DNA of 63,760 nt, filler included, from Choristocarpus tenellus KU-1152 (taxonomy: Eukaryota > Protista > Phaeophyceae): NCBI GenBank assembly GCA_964200185.2. It is 10 parts of 10 records of this genome, joined end to end, with 100 filler letters (N's around TTAATTAATTAA, not from the genome) between each part and the next. Parts side by side here need not be neighbours in the genome. Positions count along the whole stretch, not along the records: positions 1 to 11,222 come from CAXNAD020002443.1; positions 11,323 to 22,764 come from CAXNAD020002315.1; 8 more parts are not named here. The stretch is one strand, 5' to 3'. This document shows positions 1-12,497 of this stretch, in pieces. Both the position numbers and the translations under genes were made by a program. Under the pieces are notes generated by a model. It was not told the DNA's origin. It searched no databases and was given only the letters and a program-made list of their open reading frames with translations. Positions within the stretch are counted from its first letter, which is position 1, and each line of letters begins with the position of its first letter.

Positions 1-161
1 TGGCACTTTTCTTGATACCATGATGCCCTTTCTCATTTTTTCAGGGGGGGGGGTTGCCAAAGGGTCAATTTCCTTCATACCACAGCATTCACATCCTCTA
101 TGTGTCTTTGGTTTGATGACATGTTCTTGTTTGATGCTGCTACTTCACTGGGAGGATACAG

Positions 162-2428
162 ATCTGCCTGGGGTCGAGATCTGCTGCTCAAGAGACCAGG
201 GTTCTTCACTAAGGGCTTTTTTACCAATGAGGGACCTACCTTGGAACAGATGGATCAGGTATGCTGAAAAGAGGATACTTCCAACAGGAAAACTGGTAAA
301 ATTGTGGCAAATGAGGCACATCATATTGTAGACTGGTTGCTGTCCTCTTTGTGTTGAATTCAATGGCAAGAGTTTGACTGTATTTTCCTAGACTGTTGCA
401 AAGCCTAACCCTATCTAGATGGTTCCATTCATGTACACTGCTAGTGCAGTATACTCCAGTTGTAGTCTGGTTATAGCCTCCCCAAGGATGTACAATCCAG
501 AAGCACAACCTGATGAAAATATATATATATATAGCCTCTATCGGGTCTACACACTAATGGAGATGTTTTTAAGGTATGTTTTTAAGGTATGAATCTTGAA
601 GGATAGCATTATTCAGGTCATAAAAGGTACCTGTATTGAGAAACATCCACTTCATGACACACAAAATAGATAAACAATTTCTCTATTTTTTTATCAGAGT
701 GCAGCAACACATGAAATTATTTTACTTGTAGAGTCTTCATTGTATAGTGTTGCAGTTGCTGGTGTATTGATATAGTGGGTTAGGGTTAACATTTTATCAT
801 GATGTCCTGTGATGCTGCTTGGTTTTTCTAGACTCCTTCAGGAAGGGATATCTTAGGGTTCAGGTTTTTACAGTTGCTGCTACCTTATGTAACCACCCCA
901 ATACTCTAAGGTTCCTTGTTTTGACTCTGTCCTTGTCAAAATGACCCCATTGCATACACATTCAATGTTGTTCAAGAGAGGTTCAACCTACTTGGGATTT
1001 TGTTGGCATGGTGGTGTTTCTCTTTTGAGCGCTCTTTTAGCACACTACGCACTGGGTTAGATCACACTCAAGAACGATGTTGAGGCATTGTGGCCAGCTG
1101 GGTTAGGTTGCCGTATGTTGTCTTTCTGACGCTTGTTGTCTGTACATTGTACAACTTTTGTTCTGAATGTTTTTACAACTATTTACAGATGGGTTAGGGT
1201 TAGGTTTTTTGGTCTTATCAGAACATACAGTATTATCATGTATAAACTACAATTGAATCTCTACTGACGGTGATTATTCACCAACATTCCCAGACATCCT
1301 TTGAGATGATTTTTATAGCACGAGGGTACTCTGCTGAAGCCAGTCCAAGTTACACCGATCTAGAAAGTGCAAGCACAGTTGAACCTGTTGGGGATCCAGA
1401 CATTACAGTGATTACCAAGGTTGAGGGCCCTGAACCTGGTGAGAATAACAGTCAAATTGATGGGAAACCATTCAAGAAATATATATAGACTAATTGACAG
1501 TTGATTGAAAGAAAAGCAGAAATAAAGTGTAGTAAAATGTATTCAAGTGCCAGGAACTGAGATTTGAAGTGTATCAAACGACCTGTTGAGGAAACTCTAC
1601 AGTACCCAGACCACTTGCGTGAAGGCAGGTTGCCCCAATTGTGTTATGCTTGTGTGCATGCCCACAGCACTCACAGACATGTTTCTTTCTGGGTTTTGTC
1701 CCACAGCTGTGCACACTGTAAATGTCAGTACTGGAATGGGTAGCAGCAGTTCACGAATTTGTTCAGATAATGCCTATATATATGCTGGAAATGTGGAACA
1801 ATTTCCAGCATGACGACTATGCATTGTTATTCCTTCCCGGTGTGCTGTACTTATCCCATGTAAAGGTTATGTGGCCACACCCATAATCTTCTTGGCTGTT
1901 GCTCGCTGTGTGCTGGAAGAGAGGTCAACCCTCCCTGTCAGGTGACAAATCAAGTGGTACTAGTCCGCACTACAAATTGACCTTAACCTTGCAAATATTT
2001 TGACTATATCTTGACTACATATTGGCCTTTGTTTTTCTTTTGGGTCAATTTCACTACTCACTACTGTGGCAACTTGATGTTCTTGGAAACCTTTCTGTAA
2101 TACACATGGTGAGCAAGAGTCAAGTCTGGACTATTCTACCATTTATGTTGCCGTTCAATCATACACACTTTAACTCTATGCATCTACCTTGCGTCACATG
2201 ATGCCCCAGTTTCATATAGTTGAATTTGAGTCTATTACCCTCAAATAATTATTTTCATCTGTGTGTGAACCTTTGTGATGAAAATACCTTATCAGTGGTG
2301 GAGTGCACACACCTGGTAGTGTTCTCCTGGACTCAAGTCTCTTGGAACATCTAAATCGAGCTGGTATTGTCTTCAGTGTGGTTCCTCAAGATCTGCCAAC
2401 TACACCAGCTAAACAGGGACTATTGTAA
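162..2428 (+). CDS. SCCPDH: Saccharopine dehydrogenase-like oxidoreductase, 3' part (4 exons)
   Basis: Phase-compatible GT-AG exons 162-258, 1294-1438, 1866-1941, 2296-2428 give ..SAWGRDLLLKRPGFFTKGFFTNEGPTLEQMDQ|TSFEMIFIARGYS...PDITVITKVEGPEPG|YVATPIIFLAVARCVLEERSTLPVS|GGVHTPGSVL...AGIVFSVV...GLL*. The GPEPGYVATP and GGVxTPG motifs are typical of the SCCPDH C-terminus. The 5' part lies outside the window. Confidence 0.9.
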
Positions 2429-5400
2429 ACCTTGCTATGCCTGGTCTCTGTTAGCTCAGTACCTTGAACTGCTCTTAATACCCTAAGACTGGCAATTGAG
2501 ACTTACAAATGACACTGCGTTCATCCTCACTATCTGAAGATTTTGCACAGTATTGGGACATTTGTTGGTGTTACAGACTAGTTGGACCAACAAAGTCATT
2601 GGGAAATCAATTGGAGTTGTTTGATATTGCATCTCTAACCCTAATGTTTGGTTCTTGCCAGGCAGGAACAGAAAGATGGAAATAAGAACTAGCTTTGAAG
2701 AAGCAATCTCTTGACTGCATGGTGAAGCTGTACGTATGTCTCACCACAACTGCAATTTCATATTGGTAATACTTCCCGGTTGCATTTTGCATTGGCAGTA
2801 TATAAACTCTAGTTTCATGGAAGAGTTAAGCATATGTTTTCACTCATCACTCGGTACAGGATTCCTCCATCTTTAACTCTCAATGCATTTCACCACTGGC
2901 ATTACTTCAAAGCTTTCTGCTCCCACTGAGGGGACCCCACTAAAAATTTGTGTAGTGTTTCACACCGTGACACTGGGAAACAAGGGAGTTGTGTAATTAA
3001 ATTTCATAAATAAATAAAAACACACACACACAAACACACAAAATGAAGTAGGTCCAACCAAGCAAGTGACGCTGCATTTGCATCTATGTTGACAAGAGCT
3101 AATTTGACCTTTTGAAGTATCCTCCAAGCGGGTGGGTGCCTTAGCAACGTTATATATATGTTTATGTTGTAACTGTGGCCTTCAAATCAAATGCAACTTT
3201 CACTGTTACACGGGGCACAAGCAAGCATCACATGTGAAAGAACTCTACAACACAGCAGTAAGGACATACGAATCACCAATACAACAAACCAGCACAATCC
3301 TTACTTCTTACTCCTCCCACCCTATACATCATGGATATAGACCACACACCATACAGAACACAAGTAGATTTATCATTCAACAGGGCGACACCCTTGTCTA
3401 GGCCGTTCCTATTATAGGTCTGTTGAAGGCATGGTTGGAGGCGGTGCCTGTACAATTGATGGCACACAGCATTCAAAACATAAAATTGGGGAAAGAGATC
3501 ACATAGACAAGAGAGATAAGATCTACAGACAATGTAAACAAAACGATTGTTGGCATAAATTATCTCAATCTCAAGTACAGCACTGAGTTGCTGTTACAAA
3601 CAAATTTATTCTGAGCTTTCTTCGCATAATAAAAATGTCAAAATACAAGGTGCATTGAGTTTGATCCAATTACTAATCACTCAGACAATTTGAGAGCATG
3701 GGGCTAAATTGACATTCGTACTGAAAGGACATGTAATACATTTGGCCTTGGAAATTTAGCATTTTTTCAAAAAAATGTTTAAGCATCAACTTCAACTTAA
3801 CAGGTTCTTTGCAACTTCACATGCAAACAACTACCATGATATGCACTTTGCTAAATTCAATGAACCTCTTAGAAGGATCTCTCACATTCAAAACCAATAC
3901 CTAGAGTACATACTAAGTAGGTACTCTAACACTTGTAGTCGTTTTGGGTACATCTATCAACCATGACCATGACAGTACCAGACAGGTGCAAAAAAGGGTA
4001 CTGGGTGAAAAGACAAGTACAGCTGACAATTGTCACAGTGTTGAGAAATGGTTCACAAAAAAGACTTCCAACCAAGTTCAATGGCTTTGAATAGCAGTGT
4101 TAGCACTCACATATCCCTGTCGGCTTGGCTGTTGAGTCTTTGTGTCATTTATTTCCCTCTGAACAAGGCACGGTCATGGTAACACCAAAGCCAAAGAGAT
4201 AACACACAGCACAGAATTGACATGAAATTGCAACAAGCAACATGAAGTTCAGGTTGTTAGAACACACTACGACCAATGATGAGAGGACTATGACAAGCTT
4301 CCTACTCAGAGGAAGGAACAGATTAAAGATCATCCTCGAAATTCATGTAAGAGCAAGGTAGACAACTACTATCAGGGAGAAAATGAGGTATGAGTGTGGC
4401 ACAACTTCATCTGACAAGCACTGAACAAATAATAATATCGTAAGGCACTGGGGTTGCATTGGGAACTGCAGTAGAAAATATATTTTGACAGGAGGACCAT
4501 GTTTCTGGTTTGGATCACAGCACAGAGAGGGGGAGGATTCTAACTTAGTTACAAGAATATATAAAATTGGGATAAGAACTGACTCACTCACCAATGCAGG
4601 TTAGCTCCAAGATAGATCATTATGCAGAGGTGAGTCAAAGTGTAATGTAATAATACGATACTCCCTCTGGTTGCCCAGAGTAAGCAAACACCAAATATGT
4701 GGAAAGCTAGGGTATGACTGTAGATAGAGCATAATATTTCAGAGTATGTTTAAAAAATGGTGCACAACATTAAAGCAGACCCCAAAAATTACCTCAGTCT
4801 CCACACCCTCCAGGAAGGCCCAAAGGTTAATCTACAATCACTATTCTCTGTCTATTGTCTTGCTTCTTGTGGATTTCCTTAAACTTGTTGTCACCCAAGT
4901 ACACCATTATATACTCTGCAAAGAAGCTCTGTCAGACCCCCATTGGTCTCGGCATCACAATTTTGGCATGCCTTCACGTTGTTCACAAGGTTGTCAATAT
5001 CGTCCAAGTGCATCTAGCTTGCCCTTGTCTGGAGTGAGTGCAAGAATCCTAAGTCCAGTGTGTTAAAATGTGGTGACTGGGCAAGTTGGCGGTGCCTCCC
5101 CAGGGATAAGGTAGACCTAACATGGTCAGAAACCAGGAAACCACTTCTTATCCAGACAGACCTGGTCAAACATTAGGTCGAGGGGGTACTTCATGCTGCT
5201 CATGATGAATGCTACCCCATCGATCTTCTGTTGGTCAGAGGGAGAAATTTCAACGACTCTTCAACACCGGCTCTATAGTACACCTCCTCATCCATTTCGT
5301 GACTTTGGCCTTCCCGGTCCATATCCTCTCACTGGTTCATTCAACCACACAGGCTGCTTTGATCACACAAAGGTCTATTTGGAAGAGTTGTATTGTTTAA

Positions 5401-5730
5401 CCCTAACCCTAATCACCTTTAGGTGAGAGGCTACACCCATGCCGACCCACTTCATTATCGAAGCAATGCAATGGCACCCTAATGAACCAAACCAATGTGA
5501 TTTGAGACATTTCATACTTGAGTGCAATTTGTGTTCAAGTGGCTCATCAGAGCTTGCCAAAGTCCTTGCACAGCCTAATGTGATTCAAAATAACAGCTGA
5601 TCACATATTAGGGGAGATACCCTACTTCGCCGGTTCCATCTTTAAAGTTTGGCATCCATAAGTACAACCAATCTCAAGAATTTGATATTCTTGTTTCTTC
5701 CAATCAAGGTCCACACACACACCAAGGCAA

Positions 5731-8700
5731 TCAAATAATCTCACACGATTTCAACGGTGCAGGGCTGATTTTCACCTGCTGTGAGAGAGTACTCTGTGAG
5801 AGAGTACTCTGTGAGAGAGTACTCTGTGAGAGAGTACTCTGTGAGAGAGTACTCTGCTTTCACTGACACCATTCTCAGCAACAATGATACCCAGACATTG
5901 TTACTAAGCTTGTTCAAAATATGGCAATTTGAACTTCAATTATTCACAACTTCATCATGTCTAATACCAACAACAAAAAAAGTGTAACAATATACTGTAG
6001 CAATATGTAGCAAACATGCTCAACATCTAGTTGCTTCAACCATTGGACCAGAGTACATATTGACAATGCATATTAACAACAATAGAAATATACACCCTAC
6101 TTCTCCAATAATATAGTGTCTAAATTTAGCATGGCAGGGGATATTGAATTACAGCTAGGTGCATCACCCATCACACACGAGTTCAATTTTACTTACTTTG
6201 AGTAAACTTGTTACAAATCAAATCAAATAGAACTTTACAATAAGCTTTCTTGTCACCTGGTCATCCAACAGGTGTGGATACTTGAAGAAAATAAGGATCA
6301 TACAGCCTCCTAAGGCCAACAAACCCAAGCCTGTGAACCAAGGCAAGGCTCCAGCATCTGACAGTGCAAAGTTGAGGAAGGCAATGAAGATGATGAAGAT
6401 TGCCCTAGTTTGGACAAGAAGAACCAAAATGAAGGGAAACAACCAACAAACGAGAAAATGTAAGTGTAACGACCAAGTGCACATTCATCAATGAGGCACT
6501 TTGCAGTCCAAGCAACTGGGTAAAGAGACCAAATAATGGATAACTAGATCATAGGAACTATTGAGGTTCATCATTGACTGCAAAGGTATACATATTCAAA
6601 GAGACCAAGTCTACATCCCAGCAATATTATGAGCAACATTTGACTTCCGTACTGACCTCTATTCTTGGTTGTTTGAAATGTGAAAAAAAATGACCTTATC
6701 TGTAAATAATGTAAATAACGTAAATAATGTCACGGCACAATCTCTCCACCCTCAAGATTTTGAACATCCTTAGCAACACACTACACACACTCAGCAAAAA
6801 TTGATCTCTACATACCAACACGTCCACTCTCATCCCTCAAAATTCCTACTATTCATATTGGCTAATAGTCACCACAATCACCAATCAGAATATTCATAGA
6901 TTGCTTCCTGTCAAAACAGGATTGGACAGATGTTGTTTGGTTATGTACTCTGTACCGACTGAGTGACTTCATATAACTTCCTACCAACAAAAATAGTAAT
7001 GGAATAGTAACAGTATAAATAATAATAATATAAAATAATAACGGAATAGTAACAGTATAGAAATAATAACAGAATAATAACAATATAAAAACGATAATTG
7101 TTGACCCAAGGCAACATGCACAAAGCAGGCTTCAAGCAGCAAACTTCAATCTTCAATACCTTACAACACACAAACTGGTACAACCTCTGAATGGTATCGA
7201 GTGATAACCACACTAGGGTGGTCTTCAACGTCCCTCACTGACTGATGACACATTAAAATCAACCATACTATGACACTACAACACTATGATACTGTAAGCT
7301 TGTGTTAGAAGAAGACCTTCCAAGGTGACCGTAGACAAGCCCAAAGTAATGCCTCATTGTAGAGTCCACTCTCTCACACTGGGAAAACCCCTGCAAGTTT
7401 AAAGCAGTCAAGTGGGATGAGGGTTCACTATTTCATTCCAATGGAAATTTGATTGTGCGAACAGGGTCACACAACAATTACTACTGCCTCAATTATGGGA
7501 TAGTGCTGTTGGTGCTGTTGAGGTTTTCAGAGGTGTGTTTGGTATCTATGCTGGGATCAAGACAGGGGAAGACAATTTCACTAACGTGCAGTGGTTGTGA
7601 TCATGGTTATGTGATCATGGTCATGTGATCATGGTCATGGAGGGTTGCCATGGAGGGTTGTCATGGAGGGAGGGTTAACCTATGATGCATGGTGGCGGTA
7701 TTCCAACTTAAAATAACTGGTAGTCACACCAACTTTGACTACTGCACTAAAAATGTAATTGGGTGTACTCACTCAACTACAGCCAGGATGTTGCAGTTGA
7801 AGATAAGGGCAATGGGGACATGCATTCACATTGTATACCCTAACCCCAACCCTAACCCTAAGTTTTGATATTGTGATTGTAATCATGTAGTCACATCAAC
7901 TATAACAATAATGCCTCCATCAAAACAAAGAAGTGCTACATGGTGAAACTCCTAACCCTACCCCTGACCAGTAACCATTAGACCTCGTGGCAGACTTGCA
8001 ACTATGTCATCATCCCTAACCCTAACTCCAGATTATTGTTGAATGAAGTTAAATGCTGTGAGACAACCTACACTCTCAACATCCATACACACAAAAGAAT
8101 ATCTACTCGTTCCATGCCCTAACCCTAATATTAACCCCTCTACTAAAGAAAGTGCTATGTCCCAACTCTCTACACACATTCAATCTAAAGTTGTGTAAGG
8201 GATCTCTGGATTGCTCTAACCCTAACCTCTTTGACTTACAATCTAAAGTGTTACATTTTCGACTTAATGAAATTTTGAAATGCTTGAGTGCATTGATGAT
8301 GTTTGATGAGAATTTCTCCCAAAGTATAACCCATCCTCCCCTAAAGTTGACCACGCAGAGTCAAAAGTAGGGTTGGGAGAGAGAAAAACATATCACCTAA
8401 TGTTGCGAACCACTTTTGTTGTCATTTGTTGTTATTGTTATCAGTGTGGGAAACTTGAAATGCAACAGTCAAACAAGATGAAAATATCCATCAACATAGA
8501 GTACAGTACAGAACAGCATAAAAAACAAACATAACAAAGGCACAAGACCAAAACAAGGTACAATAATAACACCTGTTACTTCACTCACCTGCACCTCATA
8601 CAGAATAAGGACTGCGGCAAATAGAAGGTTGTACAGAGAAATGAAGAACTCCCGAAAGCCATTTGTTCCACTGAGATTTACAAGCTTCAAGGCAGAAGAG

Positions 8701-10700
8701 AGATGGGAGAGAGGAGGGGGGTTTGTGATTGTGACGGTTCATGTTCAATGTAGTCCCTTACATCTCAAATTGAGTACCATCAAGAACAGTGCAGGACAGG
8801 ACTGTAGTGGAGCAAAAGTCTCCACATACTTCACAACTAACAGCACTAGACATTCACTGCTTAAACAACCACTAAGGCCATATTCACAGGCAGAATAAGG
8901 TAAAGGTTAGGGTTGGAAAATATATATATATCAAAAAGATACTAACGTTGCTTTTTTGCACCACAATAGTACTGAAAGATAAAAAAAATGTGAAGTATAA
9001 GACTAAGTATTCACCAGTCAGTTCTTTTTCATAGTCTGCACTGTAGAGATGATTCGTTCTGGAGGTACTCTACAATAGCCGTGAATCTAAAGACCTACAG
9101 CTTGCACCTGACAAATGACTACTATTCAATAGTTGATAGACAAAGGGGCAGCTAAAGGGTGAGGCAATAAAACAATTGACTTAGTAAAGAGATCTCACCT
9201 ACAATCCTCTCACCTACAATCCTAATAAAGAGGCAATAAGACAATTGACTTAGTAAAGAGATCTCACCTACAATCCTCTCACCTAACCCTAACCCTAATA
9301 AAGAGGTACTCTCGATACAAACAACTCAAATGAACCGTCCTGATCCACAACACCACCATCAAGACATACACAAATTTGTCTTAAGGAAGAATCCCTCTTT
9401 GACACCATTACCTCAAGAAACGCACTAATGACCATCATCCCACCCAACGCCAAGGCAACAACTCGGAAGGCGAGTCGAATCTTGGCACTATGGATATGGA
9501 GGGGTGCACCACGAAGAGGACACAACAGCCAACGAAAAAGAGGTGAGTTGACAAAAATTTGGCGACATTGAAGGTGAACAGAGGCTATATATATCAAGAG
9601 TGTAGCACAGTTATACAGGCATCACAGTATACAAATGGGGTAGTTGTGAGTGCACTGAACATGCCAATTCAACAGGCAGGGTGTGCTGGAAAATGAGAGT
9701 CTGTTGACAGCAGAATTAACGAAAGCACATAATGCTGTGATCGACATTGAGGCGCAATGAGGGTCAGGTGCAGGCACACTACCGACTCTATCGTAGGTAA
9801 TGGAGGCCCAGCAAGAGCCAGATATATGTTGCACCAGGAAGGTGAAAGAGGTGTTACTACCTTCGTCCAATAGGCGAACAGCTCGACGACAGGAATCTTT
9901 ACTCTTGACACTCCATTCTTACACGTCAGCGGTGCTTGAAAGATGCTTCAGGTCAATATAGCACTCTATAGCGAAACAACATCCATGTTTCTTGACTGAT
10001 CATCCCCCGACATGTCCCAACTCTATTTAATCTTTGGATTGGTTGACAACATGTCGATAACACTGGTGCAGCTGATGCAGTACAAAAATAGCTCCTAGAT
10101 CCGGGTTCCCCATCAAGGCAAGGTATTGTTGCTATCATATGAATCACCATTCAAATGTGTCAAAGTGAGCTAAAACTGTCAAGAGAAATGGAAAGATGCA
10201 TGTAAATGGTCGCCCCCCATGTCACAAACGTGGTCCCCCAACATTTGCAGTTTTTCCACAGGGCTTGCGCTTGTGCGCACAAGACAAGAAAAATGACAAT
10301 TGGCGGTGCATTCAAGTATTGAAAAGAACCTGTGACAAATAAGTTGTACTCCGGCCTAGGATCTAGTAAAAGTTTGGAGGGATATCTACCCCTTGCGCAC
10401 CCAGTAGTCAATTCCTCCGTATTCGAAGACTGGTCTTGCCCGCTCAAGTTGGACCTCTCAGTTCCTTCATTCGGCTGCTGCATCCATAATGTCGAAGACA
10501 TGGTACACAGATGTCGTTTTCCCGAACCTACAACAGTTGTAAACTACTATGTACTCACGGGTATTGGATTAGCCTTCTGAAAACAATCTACTGGCTTTTG
10601 CTATTACGGAGAAGGCATTTTCTCTGGGTATGTGTTCGCTTTGTTGATGGATTGTTCATGAAATGAACCTTACTAGATTTGTCAGTTCAAGACTGGCCAT
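5731..10700 (-). CDS. COPI-associated / TVP15-like multi-pass Golgi membrane protein
   Basis: Core exons 9412-9480, 8589-8684, 7317-7390, 6257-6404 splice in frame: IRLAFRVVALALGGMMVISAFLE|LVNLSGTNGFREFFISLYNLLFAAVLILYEVQ|GFSQCERVDSTMRHYFGLVYGHLGR|AIFIIFIAFLNFALSDAGALPWFTGLGLLALGGCMILIFFKYPHLLDDQ. The FGxxYxxxGRAxFxIF motif and four hydrophobic segments fit the family. Terminal exons 10674-10700 (MASLELTNL), 10559-10576 (KANPIP) and 5731-5775 (VKISPAPLKSCEII*) are less certain. Confidence 0.75.
5779..5853. repeat. Minisatellite, 5 x 15 bp (CTGTGAGAGAGTACT)
   Basis: Five perfect tandem copies read directly from the sequence. Confidence 0.95.
9161..9302. repeat. Tandem duplication of a ~69-bp unit; the second copy carries a telomeric patch
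   Basis: GAGGCAATAA..ACAATTGACTTAGTAAAGAGATCTCACCTACAATCCTCTCACCTA.. starts at 9161 and at 9230. Confidence 0.95.
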
Positions 10701-11188
10701 TATTCATCATGAAGATAAATTCTTCGCTCTGGGTGAGTTGCTAACTTTAGTTGCACAACTCTGCACATGGGTCTACCTACATACATCCGAAAGAACTGCA
10801 TTCCCAGCTCTTGACTTTTTGATTGGGAGAGTATCAAGTGTCGTCGTACTCCGTCATACAACTGACTTGTTGGAAAAATTTTACCGTTCAATATATTAAA
10901 CTAACTTTCGTCAAAATCAAAGAAAGGTAGAAATAGACGTCATATATATGGTAATGATCGCATATTTTAGTAGGTGGGAAGTGGGTTTATCTCTAAGGGG
11001 AAAAGTCAAACAATGTGGAAAATAAAAAAACCCGGATCATGGTAATAATGTAAGTACACATACAACATATTATTCATACTCTTCTTGCACTATGTTTAAT
11101 ATTTGGGGGGGGATTAGGGTTAGGGTTTTCAAGGTATGGTGTGCATTATACGTAAGGATATTATGGGGGTATTGATATTATCACATCA

Positions 11189-11222
11189 GACTCAAAGGAT
11201 CTGGGGGGGGAGTCTAAACCAG
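11189..11222 (+). mobile_element. MITE family A, terminal fragment at contig end
   Basis: GACTCAAAGGATCTGGGGGGGGAGTCTAAACCAG matches the start of the copy at 18346. Confidence 0.75.
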
Positions 11223-11322
11223 NNNNNNNNNNNNNNNNNNNNNNNNNNNNNNNNNNNNNNNNNNNNTTAATTAATTAANNNNNNNNNNNNNNNNNNNNNN
11301 NNNNNNNNNNNNNNNNNNNNNN
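11223..11322. other. Artificial contig linker N44-TTAATTAATTAA-N44
   Basis: An identical 100-nt spacer with stop codons in all six frames occurs nine times in the window. Confidence 0.98.
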
Positions 11323-11365
11323 CCCCGGGGGGGGCCCCCCCCCCCCCCCCCAGATACTTTGAGCC
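11323..11365. mobile_element. MITE family A, terminal fragment at contig start
   Basis: Poly-C followed by CAGATACTTTGAGCC, the family A terminal inverted repeat. Confidence 0.75.
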
Positions 11366-12160
11366 CAGATTTTCAATTATTGAATTGCACAAAGGCGTGA
11401 CTAGCTATATTGGGTGTGAAGAGGAGTGGTCAGTAGTGGAAAGGAGTGCAAGGGTGAGTAATGAAAACAGGAGCACGGTGCATCCATGGCAGGAGAGGAA
11501 AGAGGAAGAATTATAGTCTCCTGATAATCCTTCTTGATAGTATTTGAGCTCACTATTATAGTGTGCACTCAATCAAAACAATGCTTGACAGCATTTGCAT
11601 GGTGGCAAAAGTGTATATGTAAATCCCTCCAATCGTATTTGTTATGAATCAGGACTGGTTTACTTCAATCCTGAAGACACCCACTCGCTATCAGCACAGA
11701 ATTCCAATGTGATCTCCCTTCCATTGCCTTATTTTTGCAATTCATCACGAACAAGCAATCCGTATCCCTTATGGTGTCATTGGACTTCAAAGTACCTCGC
11801 AGTTGTGTGGTACCATGAATATCAATCTTGACTAATTCGTCCTCCAAGAAAGTCAGTGTGAGTGCTACGACTCTTTTGGTTGTCGGCTGGTGCAATAGGC
11901 AGTCATCATTGAGATCTTGGCTTCCATGTTCTGTTCAAAGTGTGTATTATCCCCCAAGAACACTAAAACTTCAATAGCTAAATAACTGAGTTACTACCAC
12001 CGTCCTTCCCATGTGCAATCGAGGCCATAGCGCTGGTGCTTGCCATAAGAATTGCGCCATTCCATCCAGCAAGGCAACTACCCCGTAAAACAGACTGTGC
12101 AGGGCTTCATGTTGAAGGAGTCACTCTATGTTTAAGGAAGAAGTACTACCGAGTATATAC

Positions 12161-12417
12161 AAGCCAAGCCGAGAGTTAGGAAGGTTTGGACCCTTTTCCA
12201 TTCTAATCTATCTTTCTTACCCTGTGCAACACACTCCATTCCATTGCTTTATGTACACAATAGTTTGCCCAAAATTGATATCACCCCTTTCCACAAACAA
12301 AGTGACACCACATCTTGAGCAAAGGCTCTTTTCTGCAATTGTACAAAATAGCGTCTTTTTGCCCTTTCTCGGGATCCTTGAAATACAACCCCGCCTAACT
12401 CTCAGTTGGTTTTGCTT
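12161..12417 (+). mobile_element. MITE family B (~260 bp), diverged copy
   Basis: Colinear similarity to 18992-19251 (e.g. GGTTTGGA..CTTTT, TTACCCTGTGCA, CTGCAATTGTA) with degenerate TIRs. Flanked by ATAC on both sides. Confidence 0.8.
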
Positions 12418-12497
12418 ATACTAAGAACATCGAATTTCCAAAGTAAAAGGCAACCACAAAGCCCCTCTCACCAAAACGTATGATCCCAGTGACTAAC

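Noticed and set aside
2530-4821. Additional minus-strand gene from exon-like pieces (2745-2808, ~4110-4301, 4592-4666, 4783-4821)
   Set aside because: Splice-like signals exist, but I could not build a continuous, recognisable reading frame.
4850-5650. Non-LTR retrotransposon remnant (PIGLG and DHILG hints)
   Set aside because: Only two short motif resemblances in broken frames, which is insufficient support.
11189-11365. A single MITE-A spanning the first gap
   Set aside because: The two ends belong to different contigs. Assemblies often break at the poly-G of this repeat, so adjacency cannot be inferred.
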